This document shows positions 10,315-21,900 of a stretch of 64,000 bases of DNA, piece after piece (position 1 is the first letter of the stretch; every line of letters begins with the position of its first letter). Source of the stretch: an uncultured Holophagales bacterium (GTDB taxonomy: Bacteria > Acidobacteriota > Thermoanaerobaculia > Multivoradales > UBA5704). A program made the translations under genes and the position numbers. A model generated the notes under the pieces. It was not told the DNA's origin and searched no databases. It worked only from the letters and a program-made list of their open reading frames with translations. The DNA is taken from positions 1-64,000 of the forward strand of contig CAWJGT010000020.1 of NCBI GenBank assembly GCA_963842525.1. Reading direction: 5' to 3'.

Positions 10315-11919
10315 ATGGAGATCCTCGGGCAGCTCTTCTCCGGTCTGTTCGCCTTTGCCGGCTGCTTCAGCGGATTGCCGATGATCCTGGCCGTGGTCGC
10401 GCTCGTCGACTCCATCCGGGTCGGTGCCGGCTGGTACTGGTGCCTGATCATCTTCGGCTTCCCGGTGATCGGGCCGATCGCCTACTTCCTCGTGGTGCGC
10501 AGTCCCATGCTCGGCGCGCGCAATACCCTTCTGATGTCGCCCGGGGTGGCTCGCCGGCTCCAGGCCAAGCGCCGCCTGCGCGAGATTCAGGTGCAGCTTG
10601 CCAACTGGCGCGGCCCCGGCCTCCTCGTCGAAGCGGGGGAGGAGCTGCTCGTCCTGGGCAAATACCGCGAGGCCGAGGCGCATTTCCGCGAGGCCCAGGA
10701 GAACGGCGCCGCGGTCGAGGACCTCAACTTCGGCCTTGCCCAGAGCCTCCAGATGCAGGGGCGTTTCGCCGACGCGGCTCCCTTCCTCGAAAAGCTCTGC
10801 GCGATCGAGCCCGACGCCCGGCTCGGCGAAGGCCCCCTCGCCCTGGCGCGCAGCCTCGACGAGGGCGGCCGGCGCGACGAGGCCGAGGCCGTCCTGCGCC
10901 GTGTGATCGAACGGCGGAGCAAGATCGAGGCGCAGGTGCGCCTCGCCCGCATCCTTCTCCAAAAGGGGGAGTCCCAGGAGGCCCGCCAGCTCCGCACCGA
11001 GATCGCGACCGAGAGCGCGGCCCTGCCCCGGTACCTCAAGCGGCGCTACGGGAAGTGGATCAGGGCCGCCAAGTCCCTCCGCGCCGGCACGCGGATGCCG
11101 CGGCCGGAGATCGAGGGCGCCTTTCCACCTGGCCTGCGCCTGAAGATGGGGCTCGCCGCGGCGGCAGCCGTCCTCATGATCACCGTGCTCGGGATCGGCT
11201 ATGTCTCCTTCGTCGCGAGCGGCCTTGGGGGCGTTGGTGCCCAGGTCGCGCGGACCGAGCAGCTCCGTACCCGTCTGGGGGCGATCGGCCAGCAGCACCC
11301 CTGGACCCGCGGCGACAACCTCGCCCAGGTCGATCTGACGTCTGAGGACCTCGATCGCTTTCTGCGGGTGCGGCGAGGTGTGGAGCCGGGCCTGCGGGAA
11401 ACTGCACGACAATACCAGCGCTACACAACGCAAGCCGCCGGTTTGTCCGGGAACCCCTTCACTGCGGCGCGTAGTGCCGGCGCCGCATCCACCGCCTGGG
11501 TCACGGCACAGAACGATGTGGTGCAGTCTCTGGCCGAGGAGCTGGAGCGGGAGCGTATGGGTCCGGAGGAGCTCGAAAGGCTGGTCGCACTGATCGAATG
11601 GCGCTTCCTGCGCCGGCGCGAGGCGCTGGTCTTCGCATTGCCGGACTACGAGCGCCAGGACTGGGTCCTGGCGAGCCAGACCTCCCAGCCGGATGCGGAG
11701 CTCGCGCAACAGAACGCAGAGCTCCAGAAGCATTTTGAACGGGCCAAAGCCAAGGCAGCGAGCATGGAAGAGCGGGCCGCCGCCGCAGTCGATCTCTCGC
11801 CCGCCACCCGGCAGCTCCTCGACAGACGCCGCGCCGAGCTCGACCGGCTCGATCCCTCGGGGCTCCGTTATCTGATCAATGCTCTGGACGCGACGCTGAT
11901 CCCCTGGGAGGAGGACTGA
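10315..11919 (+). CDS. Membrane-anchored TPR-repeat protein
   Basis: GGAGGAG RBS; two N-terminal TMs (WCLIIFGFPVIGPIAYF); TPR-like helices; a further TM near aa 280. Confidence 0.75.
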   Translation: MEILGQLFSGLFAFAGCFSGLPMILAVVALVDSIRVGAGWYWCLIIFGFPVIGPIAYFLVVRSPMLGARNTLLMSPGVARRLQAKRRLREIQVQLANWRGPGLLVEAGEELLVLGKYREAEAHFREAQENGAAVEDLNFGLAQSLQMQGRFADAAPFLEKLCAIEPDARLGEGPLALARSLDEGGRRDEAEAVLRRVIERRSKIEAQVRLARILLQKGESQEARQLRTEIATESAALPRYLKRRYGKWIRAAKSLRAGTRMPRPEIEGAFPPGLRLKMGLAAAAAVLMITVLGIGYVSFVASGLGGVGAQVARTEQLRTRLGAIGQQHPWTRGDNLAQVDLTSEDLDRFLRVRRGVEPGLRETARQYQRYTTQAAGLSGNPFTAARSAGAASTAWVTAQNDVVQSLAEELERERMGPEELERLVALIEWRFLRRREALVFALPDYERQDWVLASQTSQPDAELAQQNAELQKHFERAKAKAASMEERAAAAVDLSPATRQLLDRRRAELDRLDPSGLRYLINALDATLIPWEED

Positions 11920-11922
11920 CGA

Positions 11923-14900
11923 TCACCTCGTGTCCGGGACCTCGACGGTGAACCGGGTCTTCGTATCCCCACCAGTCACGAAGGGATCGTGGGTCAGGGC
12001 AGAGGCGTCCTGACCGCTGTTTCCCTCGTAGAAGATCTGCCCCTGATTCTCCACGACCCTTGGGAGGACCGCATTTGGTGGAAGCTTGATCGTCGCAAAG
12101 ACGACGATCTCGACGATGCCGTGTGAGGGGATGCTTCCGTCCCAATGGACAGTACTGCCGCCTGCATCCACAAGGACTGTACCTCCTCCTTGAAGGGCTC
12201 CGGCGTGGCGCAGGACCAAAGAATCGGGTAGCTCGTCTGTAAGCTCATGCTGGGCCGCATCGTCCTGTTGCAGGTCCGGGCCATTGTTCGCCAGGACGAT
12301 GCGATAGACGACCTGCCCCCCTTCCACGAAGTGGCCGGAGACAACCTTGACGCCGGAGACATTGGGCGAATCGGAAGGCAAGGAGACTGCGCTGACGGCG
12401 GTGTCGTTGCCAGGGTCGGGGTCTCTCGCGTCCAGGGCCGTGGCCGTTGCGCGATTGAAGAGTGGGCCTGGGAGGACGTGATCCGGATCTTCCTGAACCT
12501 GGCCGGTGATCTCGAAGAGCACGGAAGCCCCGGCGGGCAGGGAGGCAATCGTCGACAGGCCATCCTGCCCTTGGTCTTCGCAGCTCGCGCTGGACTCGTC
12601 GTCGACCGGTTCACAGGTCCATTCGATCCCGGACAGTAATGCTGGAAATGTGTCCTCGACCTGTACCAGGTTGGCATCGCTGGGCCCCAAGTTCGTCACT
12701 GTCAGCTTATAAGAGACGTTTTCTCCGCGCTGGACCGTCTCGGGATTTCCGTCGAGCGCGAGATGCACCCTCAGGTCGGCGACGCGTGTTACGAGGGTTT
12801 CGTTTCTCGTGCTCCGTCCGTCGGCTTGGCCTGGCTCCGGCTCGACCGGCTCGCGCTCTTTGGCCTCCACGGAGGCTATAGAGACGAGCAGAAGCTGACT
12901 CGGGGCGGCGGTCACACGCACGGGGATCTCGATCTCCGCAAGGCCCGGATTCGGGGGCAGAATACCCACCGTCCACTTGGCCGTTTGTCGGTCGATCTCC
13001 ACACCGCCCGGCGGGTTCGTCGGGGAGCTCGATCCCGTTGGGAAACGTGACCGTGACCACCGCCTCGGTGGCATCGCTTGGGCCGGCATTTTCCAGCTTG
13101 ATCTTGTAAATCAGCTTTCCTCCGGCGACTGCAGGGGAGGGGGAAACCGCGATCGACAGCGTCAGATCGGCTTGGCCGATCACTCGGGTGGACAGCGGCT
13201 TGGTGACACGCGGAGCTTCGTTCGCCGTCGCCTCGAGCTCCCAATCGTGCTGATCCCTCCGCGCGGGCAGGACAGTGAGGGTGACATCGATTGTGGCGCA
13301 GTCGTGCGGCTCCAAGGTTCCCACTGACCAGACATCGCTCCCGGGAGGGAAAGGGAAGATGCCGGCCGAAGGCTGCGCCGAGACAAAGACCATTCCCTCT
13401 GGCACGGGGATCTTCACCTCGACATCGGTGGCATCGCTCGGCCCGTCGACGTTACAGACCTTTACGACGTACGGGAGGCCTTTTTCCTTTCCCGCGACGA
13501 CCGGAGAAGGCGCGGCGCTCCCGTCGAGGCTCAGTGTGGCGACCGCCTTCACCTGCGGGTCTGGGCTCACGCTGTTGTTGCGAAGATCGGGGTCTTTGTC
13601 GGTCTCGGAAGAGGGGAACTCAACCCTGGCTGTGTGCTCGAGCACCCCGCGACGACTCGAGATCACTCTGGTTACGACCTCCCGACTGACGCTGTTGCGG
13701 CCGGCCGCCGCCGGCAGGCTTCCCACCCGCCACTGCAAAGTGCGGGTTGTGCCATCGAACGAGATCACTCCATTGGGCTTGGGTGAGACGAGCTCAACCC
13801 CCTCCGGCAGAAGGAAGGTGTTGACGACCCCGACGGCGTCGCTAGACCCGAGGTTGGTCGCTCCGAGGGTGGAGCGCAACTCCTGTCCTGCGATAGGTTC
13901 AGAATGGAAGTGCAGGTCCACTCTCAGGTCGGAACGCGTCTCGACGGTTACCTTGACGCTGTCCGGTTCCTGCGAGGGGTCCGGCTCAGCACCGTCGATG
14001 GAGGTGCGGGTCGTGAGTGATCCGCGGGCGCGCGCCAGCACCTCGGTCTCGATGCCCAGGGTCGAGCTCGTGGCTTTTGGAGCCGCACCCGGGGTCCCGG
14101 TCAGCCGGCGGACGTTCCAGAGGATCTTCTGACCTCCGGCTTGAGTCTGAACGGTGCCCTGGCTTGGATCCGACGACAGGAGCTTGAGGTCTCCCGGGAG
14201 ATCGACGGTGACGACCACGCGGGTCGCATCGCTCGGCCCCTGGTTGGTCGCCGTGATCGTATACAGGATCTTGCTCTGTCCCGCGATGGCCGGGCCCCCA
14301 TCCACCACCTCGGCTTCCAGATCTACCGTGAGGTCCGCCCGGGGATTGACGGGGAGAGGCTTGAAGAGAAGATTGTCGTCGGGGACTGGATCGACCACGC
14401 CGTCGGGGCCTCGTACTGAGACCTCATTCCGCGCGTCCCCTCGCACCCAGGGCGGGACCGTGGCCTCGAGCAGATAGGTGACGTCCGCTCCGGGAGGAAG
14501 GACCACCTGGTCATCGACGAGGGTGTCGCCGCCGGGATCGACCCGGCAGTCGTTCTCGCAGCAAGAAGCGTTCTGATTCCCTGACGAGCAGGTGATGCGG
14601 ACGCTGGTGAGCCGGGGGTCGAACGTGAGGCTCACCCGGACCCCGTTCAGGAAGCGCGAGCTGCGGTTCGTGACCGTGGTCTTGTAGGATGTCGCAGTGC
14701 CCGGAACCAGGATCTCGGAGCTCTGAGCCAGAGAGAGCCCGGCCAGACCGAAGGCGAAGGCTGCACCCGCATCCTCCGTCCCCTCGACGTCGGCCAGAGG
14801 AGCGCCGGCCGCGAGGATCCCCTCCCGCACAGCAACCGACCGGCCAGCTCATCCTCGACGCCTGTCACGTTATCAATTTTGGCCGTGAGCCGGGCGCCGT

Positions 14901-16037
14901 CGTCGCTGATCTCGAAGATGTAGACCGATCCCTTCCGGCCGTCGTCCCGGCGTGCCCCCGCGACGAGAGTTCCGTTGTCCCCGGAGAGGGAGAACCCAGC
15001 TCGTCGCCCGCCTCGCGGTCGCAGACGTTCACGGGAGGGCTCGTCGAAGGCCAGGAGCCTCCGGCCCGTCGTGTGAAGAGGAAGACGGCGCCTGACGCCG
15101 CGTCTCCCTGGACGTCCGCCCCAGGGGCGCCCACGGCCACGGTGCTCCCGGCCAGGGCCACCGCGAAGCCGAAGGCGTCGAACGGCCGACCCCCTTGGGC
15201 CGCGAGCCTGCCGGCGGTGCTCCAGGCGCTCTGGGACCGCTCGAACACATAGGCCTTGCCGGGCCGGCCCGTCGAGGGGTCTCCCGAGACCCGCGGCTCC
15301 GGCTGGGGGGCTCCCGCCGCGATCCGCGCACCGAGGATGTCGACCGCCACAGAGGTCCCGAACTGGTCATCCCTCTCGGCATCCGGCGCGGTGAGCTTGG
15401 CGGTCGGGTCCCAGCCGCCATCGCCGCGCTCGAACACGTACACCGCGCCCGAATTCCCCCGGCCTTCCAGGGCATCGTGCAGGGGCGCACCAACGACGAG
15501 GGTCCGTCCGTTGGGGCCCCCCAGTGCGACGGAGAAGCCGAACGCGTCGAAGGCCGTCGTGTCGTTGCCGGTGAGCTTCACGCGGGTCCAGCCGCCGCCG
15601 CTGCGCTCGAAGAGATGGACAGCGCCGGCCGAGGTCCCCTTGTCGCCGTCGAGCGGGGCGCCCACGGCCAGCAGGTTGCCGTCACGGCTGATGGCGACCG
15701 ACCATCCAAACCGCGTGCCCGGTTGGGTGTCGGTGAAGTCCGAGGCCGATCTCTCCCACTCCGGTCCGGACCTCTCGTAGAGGAAAGCGGCCCCGACTTT
15801 CTCGGGCTCGCCGGCGCGGGTCGCGGCCGGCGCTCCGACGAGGATCAGGTTTGCCGTGTCCGGACGGCCTTCGCTGCCCACGGCCACGGAAGTGCCGAGC
15901 AGAGAGCTGTCATCCGCCAGGAGGCGCGTCACCGAGACCAGGGGGTCGAGGTCCGCCGGGCAGTTCTGCGCACCGGCCGCGCCCGGGGTCAGCAGGAGGG
16001 TTGCGAGAAGCAGGACGGACGGATGGTTCGATCGCAT
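11923..16037 (-). CDS. Large secreted FG-GAP repeat + DUF11 repeat surface protein (frameshifts near 14990, 14845, 13010)
   Basis: Signal peptide; FG-GAP repeats (FGWSVAIS..LAVGAP..AGAVHLF); about 7 DUF11 units (ADL...YTITATNQGPSDAT.V.V...LP); ORFs 14865-16037, 12707-14830 and 11923-13089 join into continuous repeats. Confidence 0.8.
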
Positions 16038-16843
16038 CAGGTCACCTCCGGCTGAAGATTCCGCCGGGGTCGATCCCCTCCAGCAGAGGCGAGTCCAGGA
16101 TCGGTCCCAGGAGGTTTGCGAGGATCGCGAGCACGCTCTCTTCGGTACCCGGGCGCCGGCCGCCCAAGGGATAGGGGGGAGCGGGGTCGCGCCCCTTGTC
16201 GACCACGGTCTGGAAATCCTTGCGGACTACCCGGGGGCGGCGGCTCGTCCGGCTGGCGGAGGCTCACCTCGACGCTGCCCTCCCAGACCTGGACCTGGGT
16301 GGTCCCGCGGGGATCAGCCTTCACGGCGACGCGGGTCCCCAGCAGGCAGATCACGGCGCTGGTGGTTCTCACCGCGGCAATTCCCGGCCCGCTGGTCGAA
16401 TCGTGCAGGATCCAAAGGATGCCCTCTTCCAGGGAGACCCCGGACACCACCTGGAGGTTTCCCTGGCAGCCCGGCAAGTCGTCCGCGGTGAGCACCCGGA
16501 TGCGGCTGCTTGGGCCAAGCTCGATTCCGCCGTCCCGGTCGAACCGCAAGAGGAGGCCGGCCGCCGGACCGGTGCGGAGGATGTCCCCGGTCCAGATCCC
16601 CCGGCCCGCCTGGGCCGGCATGGGTTGGTTGCCGCGGATCAGCTCGGCGTCGGCGGAGGCCTTGAGGATCACGCCGACCTCCAGGTCCGGATCTCCCAGG
16701 TTCGACGAGGCGGCGGTAGCGATGGGTGTTGCCGTGGGAGCTCCATCGGTGGCTTGGAGCGGCAGACCGAAGGAAAGGACGGCGACGAGACAGCCCAGGA
16801 GGTGTCGCAGCGCGGGTACAGCGGCGGGGCCCATGCCGAGCAT
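16037..16843 (-). CDS. FecR-domain periplasmic protein (probable frameshift near 16232; alternative-frame stop at 16042)
   Basis: GDILRTG...LRFDRDGGIELGPSSRI...LEEG.LW...VRT.SAVICLLGTRVAV...TQVQVWEGSVEV FecR pattern. Confidence 0.8.
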   Translation of the reverse strand: MLGMGPAAVPALRHLLGCLVAVLSFGLPLQATDGAPTATPIATAASSNLGDPDLEVGVILKASADAELIRGNQPMPAQAGRGIWTGDILRTGPAAGLLLRFDRDGGIELGPSSRIRVLTADDLPGCQGNLQVVSGVSLEEGILWILHDSTSGPGIAAVRTTSAVICLLGTRVAVKADPRGTTQVQVWEGSVEVSLRQPDEPPPPGSPQGFPDRGRQGARPRSPLSLGRPAPGYRRERARDPRKPPGTDPGLASAGGDRPRRNLQPEVT

Positions 16844-16847
16844 CTCT

Positions 16848-18006
16848 TCAGAACCTCCAGCTCAAGCCCAGAGAGGTGATCGTCCGGTCGTAGTCGTAGG
16901 CCTTCGGCGTCGCCGGCGTCCCGAGGTTCGAGTCCCGCTCGACCCAACTGAAGCGCGCGGTCGCGACGAGCGACTCGTAGACCACCCACGAGAGCGCCGC
17001 GAGCCCACGAACGACCGTGTCGCGCCGTGGCCGGCCCCGGACGCCGGGCTCGAACTCCGGATCGAACGGGCTGAACACGGCGAAGAGATCGGACTCCGGA
17101 TGATCGAAGTCGTCCTCCTGCCAGGTCGCCGCCAGGGAGAGGGTCCAGGACCGCGACAGGGGGAGGGCGAGCTCGGCGCCGCCGCGCAAGAGCGAGCCTG
17201 CGAAGGGCTTGCCGGCGCGCCTTTCGCCGCCCAGGGCTTCCAGCCGTAGGTAACGGTCCTCGCGGCCCAGGAAGACATACTGGCTGAGCCCCAGGCGGAT
17301 CTCTTCGCCGCTGCGCTGCCCTACGGCCGGCTCGTCGGCGAAGCTCTGGTCGAGGAGCTCGACGTCGAGCCTTGTCGCCAGGGTGCTCGTCTCGCGCAGC
17401 CGCAGCGAGGCCGCAGCGGAAAGGGTCCGCAGATAGGAGTCGCCATCGAGGAGGGTGTAGGACACGCCGGTCTGCACGAGGGCCGCGAAGCGGCTCATGC
17501 CGACCGGCACCCGGGCCGGGCCGAGGGGACCGGAGAGATAGCCCAAGGGGGTCCTGCCCCAGGCGAGCTGGACGGTGCTCCGGGAGCTCGCTCAGGTCGA
17601 GGAAGTCGAGGTCCTGGTAGAGCGATTGCCGTGCCTCGACCGCCCAGCCCGCGTTCCAGGGATGTGCCTCCTCCTGGCTCGCGAGCCGGTGGAGGGCCAG
17701 GCGCAGATCCACGTTTGCGGCCACGTCCCCTTCAGCCCCCTGGACAGTCTGGTTGGAGGTCGGTACGCTGACGCTCAGGTCCTCCGACAGGAGGCTCGGG
17801 TTCGAATCGCCGCTCGCCGCGAGGCCGACATGCCCTTCCCAGAGGCCCCACCGGTGCGTGGCGCTTTCGGTGCTCTCGTCCTGCTGGGAAGCTGGCTCTG
17901 CGGACGGCGGCTCGGTTTCGGGGCTCGGAGGCTCCGTTGCGCGCGCGGGAGCGGTGAGCACCGAGAGCAGGGCCAGAGTCCACAGACCGGTGGCGAGAGT
18001 TTTCAT
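16848..18006 (-). CDS. Outer-membrane beta-barrel protein (frameshifted near 17550-17580)
   Basis: Signal peptide (MKTLATG..ARA); G.DSNP near the N-terminus; alternating beta strands; C-terminal RDSN...YDYDRTITSLGLSWRF ending in Phe. Confidence 0.7.
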
Positions 18007-18036
18007 GGCGCGACCTTTTCTTTCGGCTTACTCTCA

Positions 18037-18044
18037 AGTATAGT
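18037..18044. promoter_or_regulatory. Overlapping -10-like hexamers in a 70-bp divergent intergenic region
   Basis: TATAGT (+, 18039-18044) and TATACT (-, 18042-18037) in an AT-rich patch. Confidence 0.35.
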
Positions 18045-18076
18045 GGCTGACAGACCTCCGGGCAAGCTGAGTCGAA

Positions 18077-18982
18077 ATGACGACGACGACGGACGACTCC
18101 GATTCACTGGATTGGGGCACGCTGCTGGATTGTATCGACGAAGGGAGGTGCACTCCGTTCCTCGGCGCCGGGGCCTGCCACGGAGTGTTGCCTCTGGCCA
18201 GCGACCTGGCGCGGGACCTGGCCCGCGAGTACGAATACCCTCTCGAGGACTGTACCGACCTGGCGCGGGTTGCCCAATACCTGGCCGTCACTCGGAACAG
18301 AATGCGTCCGAAGGACCTACTTACCAGGCGGCTGAGCAAGATCCCGCCTCCGAGCTTCGACGAGCCGGACGAGCCGCACGGAGTGCTCGCCAGACTGCCT
18401 CTACCAGTCTATCTGACCACCAATTACGACAACTTCCTGTTCCAGGCCTTGCGGGGACAGAAGAAGGACCCGCGGCGCGAGGTCTGCCGGTGGAACTCCG
18501 CCGTCCGGGATGAGCCGTCGGTCTTCGATGGAGAGCCACGCTTCGAACCGAGCCCGGCCAACCCGCTGGTCTTTCACCTCCACGGCCACTTTGACCTTCG
18601 CGAGTCGCTGGTCCTCACCGAAGACGACTATATCGATTTCCTGGTTCGCGTCACCCGGGACGAGGCGCTGCTGCCGCCTCGGGTCCGCCGGTCGCTGACC
18701 GGGGCATCCCTCCTCTTCCTGGGATATCGGATCTCTGACTGGACCTTCCGTGTCCTCTACCAGAGTCTCGTGGTCTATCTGGAGAAGAGCCTCCAGCGGG
18801 GTCATGTCTCAGTCCAACTCGTGCCCGGAGGGGAGGAGATCACGGACGAGCAAAAGGCGAAGGTCCAGAGCTATCTCAACCGATACTACAAGCACCTCGA
18901 TATCCATGTTTACTGGGGAACCTGCCAGAAGTTCGTCGCCGAGCTGAGCGAACGCTGGGAGGCCTACACCCGTGGACGGTGA
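18077..18982 (+). CDS. Stand-alone SIR2-like (SIR2_2) domain protein, putative NADase
   Basis: PFLGAGA, YLTTNYD, VFHLHG..LVLTEDDY, LLFLGYRISDWTF motifs. Confidence 0.88.
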   Translation: MTTTTDDSDSLDWGTLLDCIDEGRCTPFLGAGACHGVLPLASDLARDLAREYEYPLEDCTDLARVAQYLAVTRNRMRPKDLLTRRLSKIPPPSFDEPDEPHGVLARLPLPVYLTTNYDNFLFQALRGQKKDPRREVCRWNSAVRDEPSVFDGEPRFEPSPANPLVFHLHGHFDLRESLVLTEDDYIDFLVRVTRDEALLPPRVRRSLTGASLLFLGYRISDWTFRVLYQSLVVYLEKSLQRGHVSVQLVPGGEEITDEQKAKVQSYLNRYYKHLDIHVYWGTCQKFVAELSERWEAYTRGR

Positions 18983-21900
18983 GCCCTACGTCGGACCTCG
19001 CTCGTTCGAGGAGAAGGATGGCGGGCGCTTCTTCGGCCGCGACCGGGAGGCTGACGACCTCGTCTCCCTGACTTTCGCTCATGCTGCGGTGCTGCTCTTT
19101 TCGCAATCCGGAGCCGGCAAGACCTCGCTGCTCCAGGCCCGCCTCCTCCCGAGGCTGCAGCAGGAGGGATTCGAGGTCCTCCCGACAGTCCGCATCCGCG
19201 TCCTGGGAAGCGTCGGCGTCGGGCCCGGAGCGGCCGGAAATCCGTACGTTCGCAATACCCTGGTGAGCTGCTCCGGCGAGACCGCGGACGCGCAACGGTT
19301 GGACGGGCTTTCGCTCTCCGCCTTTCTGCAGGCGCGGCCCTACCGGCTCCGCCGGGGAAAGGAGCCCTCCCCGCGCGTGCTTGTCTTCGACCAGTTCGAG
19401 GAGGTCTTCACCACCGGCCCCTGGCAGGCCCGCAAGGAATTCTTCCGCCAGCTTGGCGAGGCGCTGGCCGCCGATCCCCTCCTGCGGACCATCCTCTCCC
19501 TGCGCGAGGAGTACCTGGCCCACCTGGACCCCTATGCCTCGCTGATGCCCGAGAGGCTGCGCTGCCGTTTCCGGCTCGGGCTGCTGCACCGGTCTGAGGC
19601 CCTGAAGGCGGTCACAGGGCCCCTTGAAGGCCGAGAGCCCCAGTTTGCTGACGGCGTGGCGGACGCCCTCGTGACGAACCTGATGCGCGCCAAGGTGCAG
19701 GGCGAATCCGGCGACTGGATCGAGGAGGAAGGGGAGTTTGCCGAGCCGGTCCAGCTCCAGGTGGTCTGCCAGAGCCTCTGGCGGGACCTGCCGGACGGGA
19801 CCGCCGAGATCACTCACGAGCATCTGCGCGATTTCGGCGATGTGGATGAGGCGCTGACCGCCTTCTTCGAGCGGTGCATCCGCGAGACTGTCCAGAAGGA
19901 TCCGAACCAGGAGGCTTCAAAACAGGGGACTTCGATTCAGGAGGGGCGCCTGCGCGGATGGTTCGAGATGGAGCTGATCACTCCGAGCGGCACGCGGGGA
20001 ATGGTGCACCGGGGCAAGGAGGAGACCGGCGGCATCCCGAACGCGGTGATGGACGAGCTGGACCGCCTGCACCTGATACGCGGCGAGTGGCGAGCCGGCG
20101 CCTGCTGGTACGAGCTGACCCACGACCGTTTCATCGAGCCCATCCGGGAGTCCAATCGCCGCTGGCGGGGGGAGCGGGGGATCGCGGAGCAGACACGCCG
20201 GAGGTTGGAGGAGAGGGCTCGCAGGTGGAAGCGGGGTGAGGAAGCGCTCCTCGACGAGGTGGATCTCCGCGAGGCCGAACGCTGTCTGGCTGCTGCCGGC
20301 CGTGACGAGATCGGGGCCTCGGAGGCCCTGCTGTCCCTGGTCGATACCAGCCGCGCCCGGCTGGAGCAGAAGCGCCTTCAGCGGTTCCTTTGGATCGCGG
20401 CCCTGGTTGTGCTGATGCTCACGGGGCTCGTCGCCTGGATTTGGCTCACCTGGGCGAACGAGAAAAGGGAGCGCCGGATCGTCCAGTCGGCGCAACTCGC
20501 CGAAGCCGCGCGCGCCGTCAGCGCCACAAGCTCCTCGCGCGGCCTGCTGCTCGCCATCGAGGCAGCCCGGATCGCCCAAGAGGCCGGACAGGAGCGTCCC
20601 CCGGCAGCCGAGTCGTCCCTGCGCTGGCTGCTCGCCCGCTCCGAGGGCTACCCGGTCGCGGGACCGGGTGAATGGCCGTCGGGCTACGCCGTGAGCGCCG
20701 ACGGCCGCTGGCTGGCGACGGCCGACAGGGACGGCACGCTCCGCTTGAGGAGGTTCAGCCGGGGTGGGATGGCGCGCGCACCCGCGGTGCTGAGAGGGAT
20801 GCAGGACACCCTCACCGCCGTCGCGGTGAGCCCGGACGGCCGCCAGGTGCTGGCCGCCGGCCGCAATCAGGCTCTGCTCTGGGATCACGGTTCCGGAAGC
20901 GCACCGCAGCCTCTGGACACGGACGGCCAACCCATCGAGCGGCCGGTCCTCGGTCCCGAGGGCCAATGGCTGCTCGATGCTCCGCCGTTCGGGGCGCTGC
21001 GGCTCTGGCGTCTGGAAGGAGGGAGCTTCCGCCCCACCCCCGCTCTGAGCTGCCCGCGAGGGCTGGTCGCTCGGACCGCGCTCGACTCCGGCCTCCGCCG
21101 CGTCGCTGCGGCCTGCGAGGACGGCACGGTCCTGACGTGGGAGCTGACCGCGCGCGGTCCGGAGGGGGCGACGGAGCCTCTGCGCGGCCTCCGGCGTGTC
21201 TCTAAGCTGGCCGTGAGCCCCGGCGGGAGCTGGATCGCCGCTTCGAGCCCCGAGGGCGAGGTGCGAGCCTGGGACTTCCAGACGGGGCAGGACGTCTCAA
21301 GAGCTTTCCTGGGGGAGGTGCTCTTCCTCGAATTCACCTCCCGCGGTGCGCTGGTCGTAGACACGAACGATGGGCCGCCCCGGCTCTGGGATCCCGGCGG
21401 GCGAGCCGGGCCGCGCGCCCTGCTCGAGGACGAGCAGGCCCAGGTGAGGGCCCTGAGCGCCTCGGGGCTCCGGGTTCTCCTATCAGACCCGGAGGGCCCG
21501 CCGGTCGTGCGGGACTTCCACGAGACAGAAGGCCGGGGGGAGACCCTGGCGCAACCGGAAAGGGATGTCACCACCGCGCGGTTCAGTGCCGACGGCGCCT
21601 GGCTCCTCACCGAAACGGAGGACGGGGGAGTCCGCCTGTGGGATCTTTCCACGCCTGTGCCGAGCCGTGCCGAGCCGGCTTTCTTCGGTGCGTTCCCCGC
21701 AATCGCCGCGGTAGATCCCTCCGGACGCCGGCTCGCGACGCTCGACCAGTTCGGCGGCATGAACCTTTGGGAAGCTCGAGGGCGAGGGCTCTGCTCCCCG
21801 GGCGCGCCGGCTCAGCTCCGATCAGGAGCTGAATTCCGTGGCGTTCACCCGCGACGGCCGCCGGCTGGTGATCATCTCCTCCGGCCGGGTCTTCCTCCGG

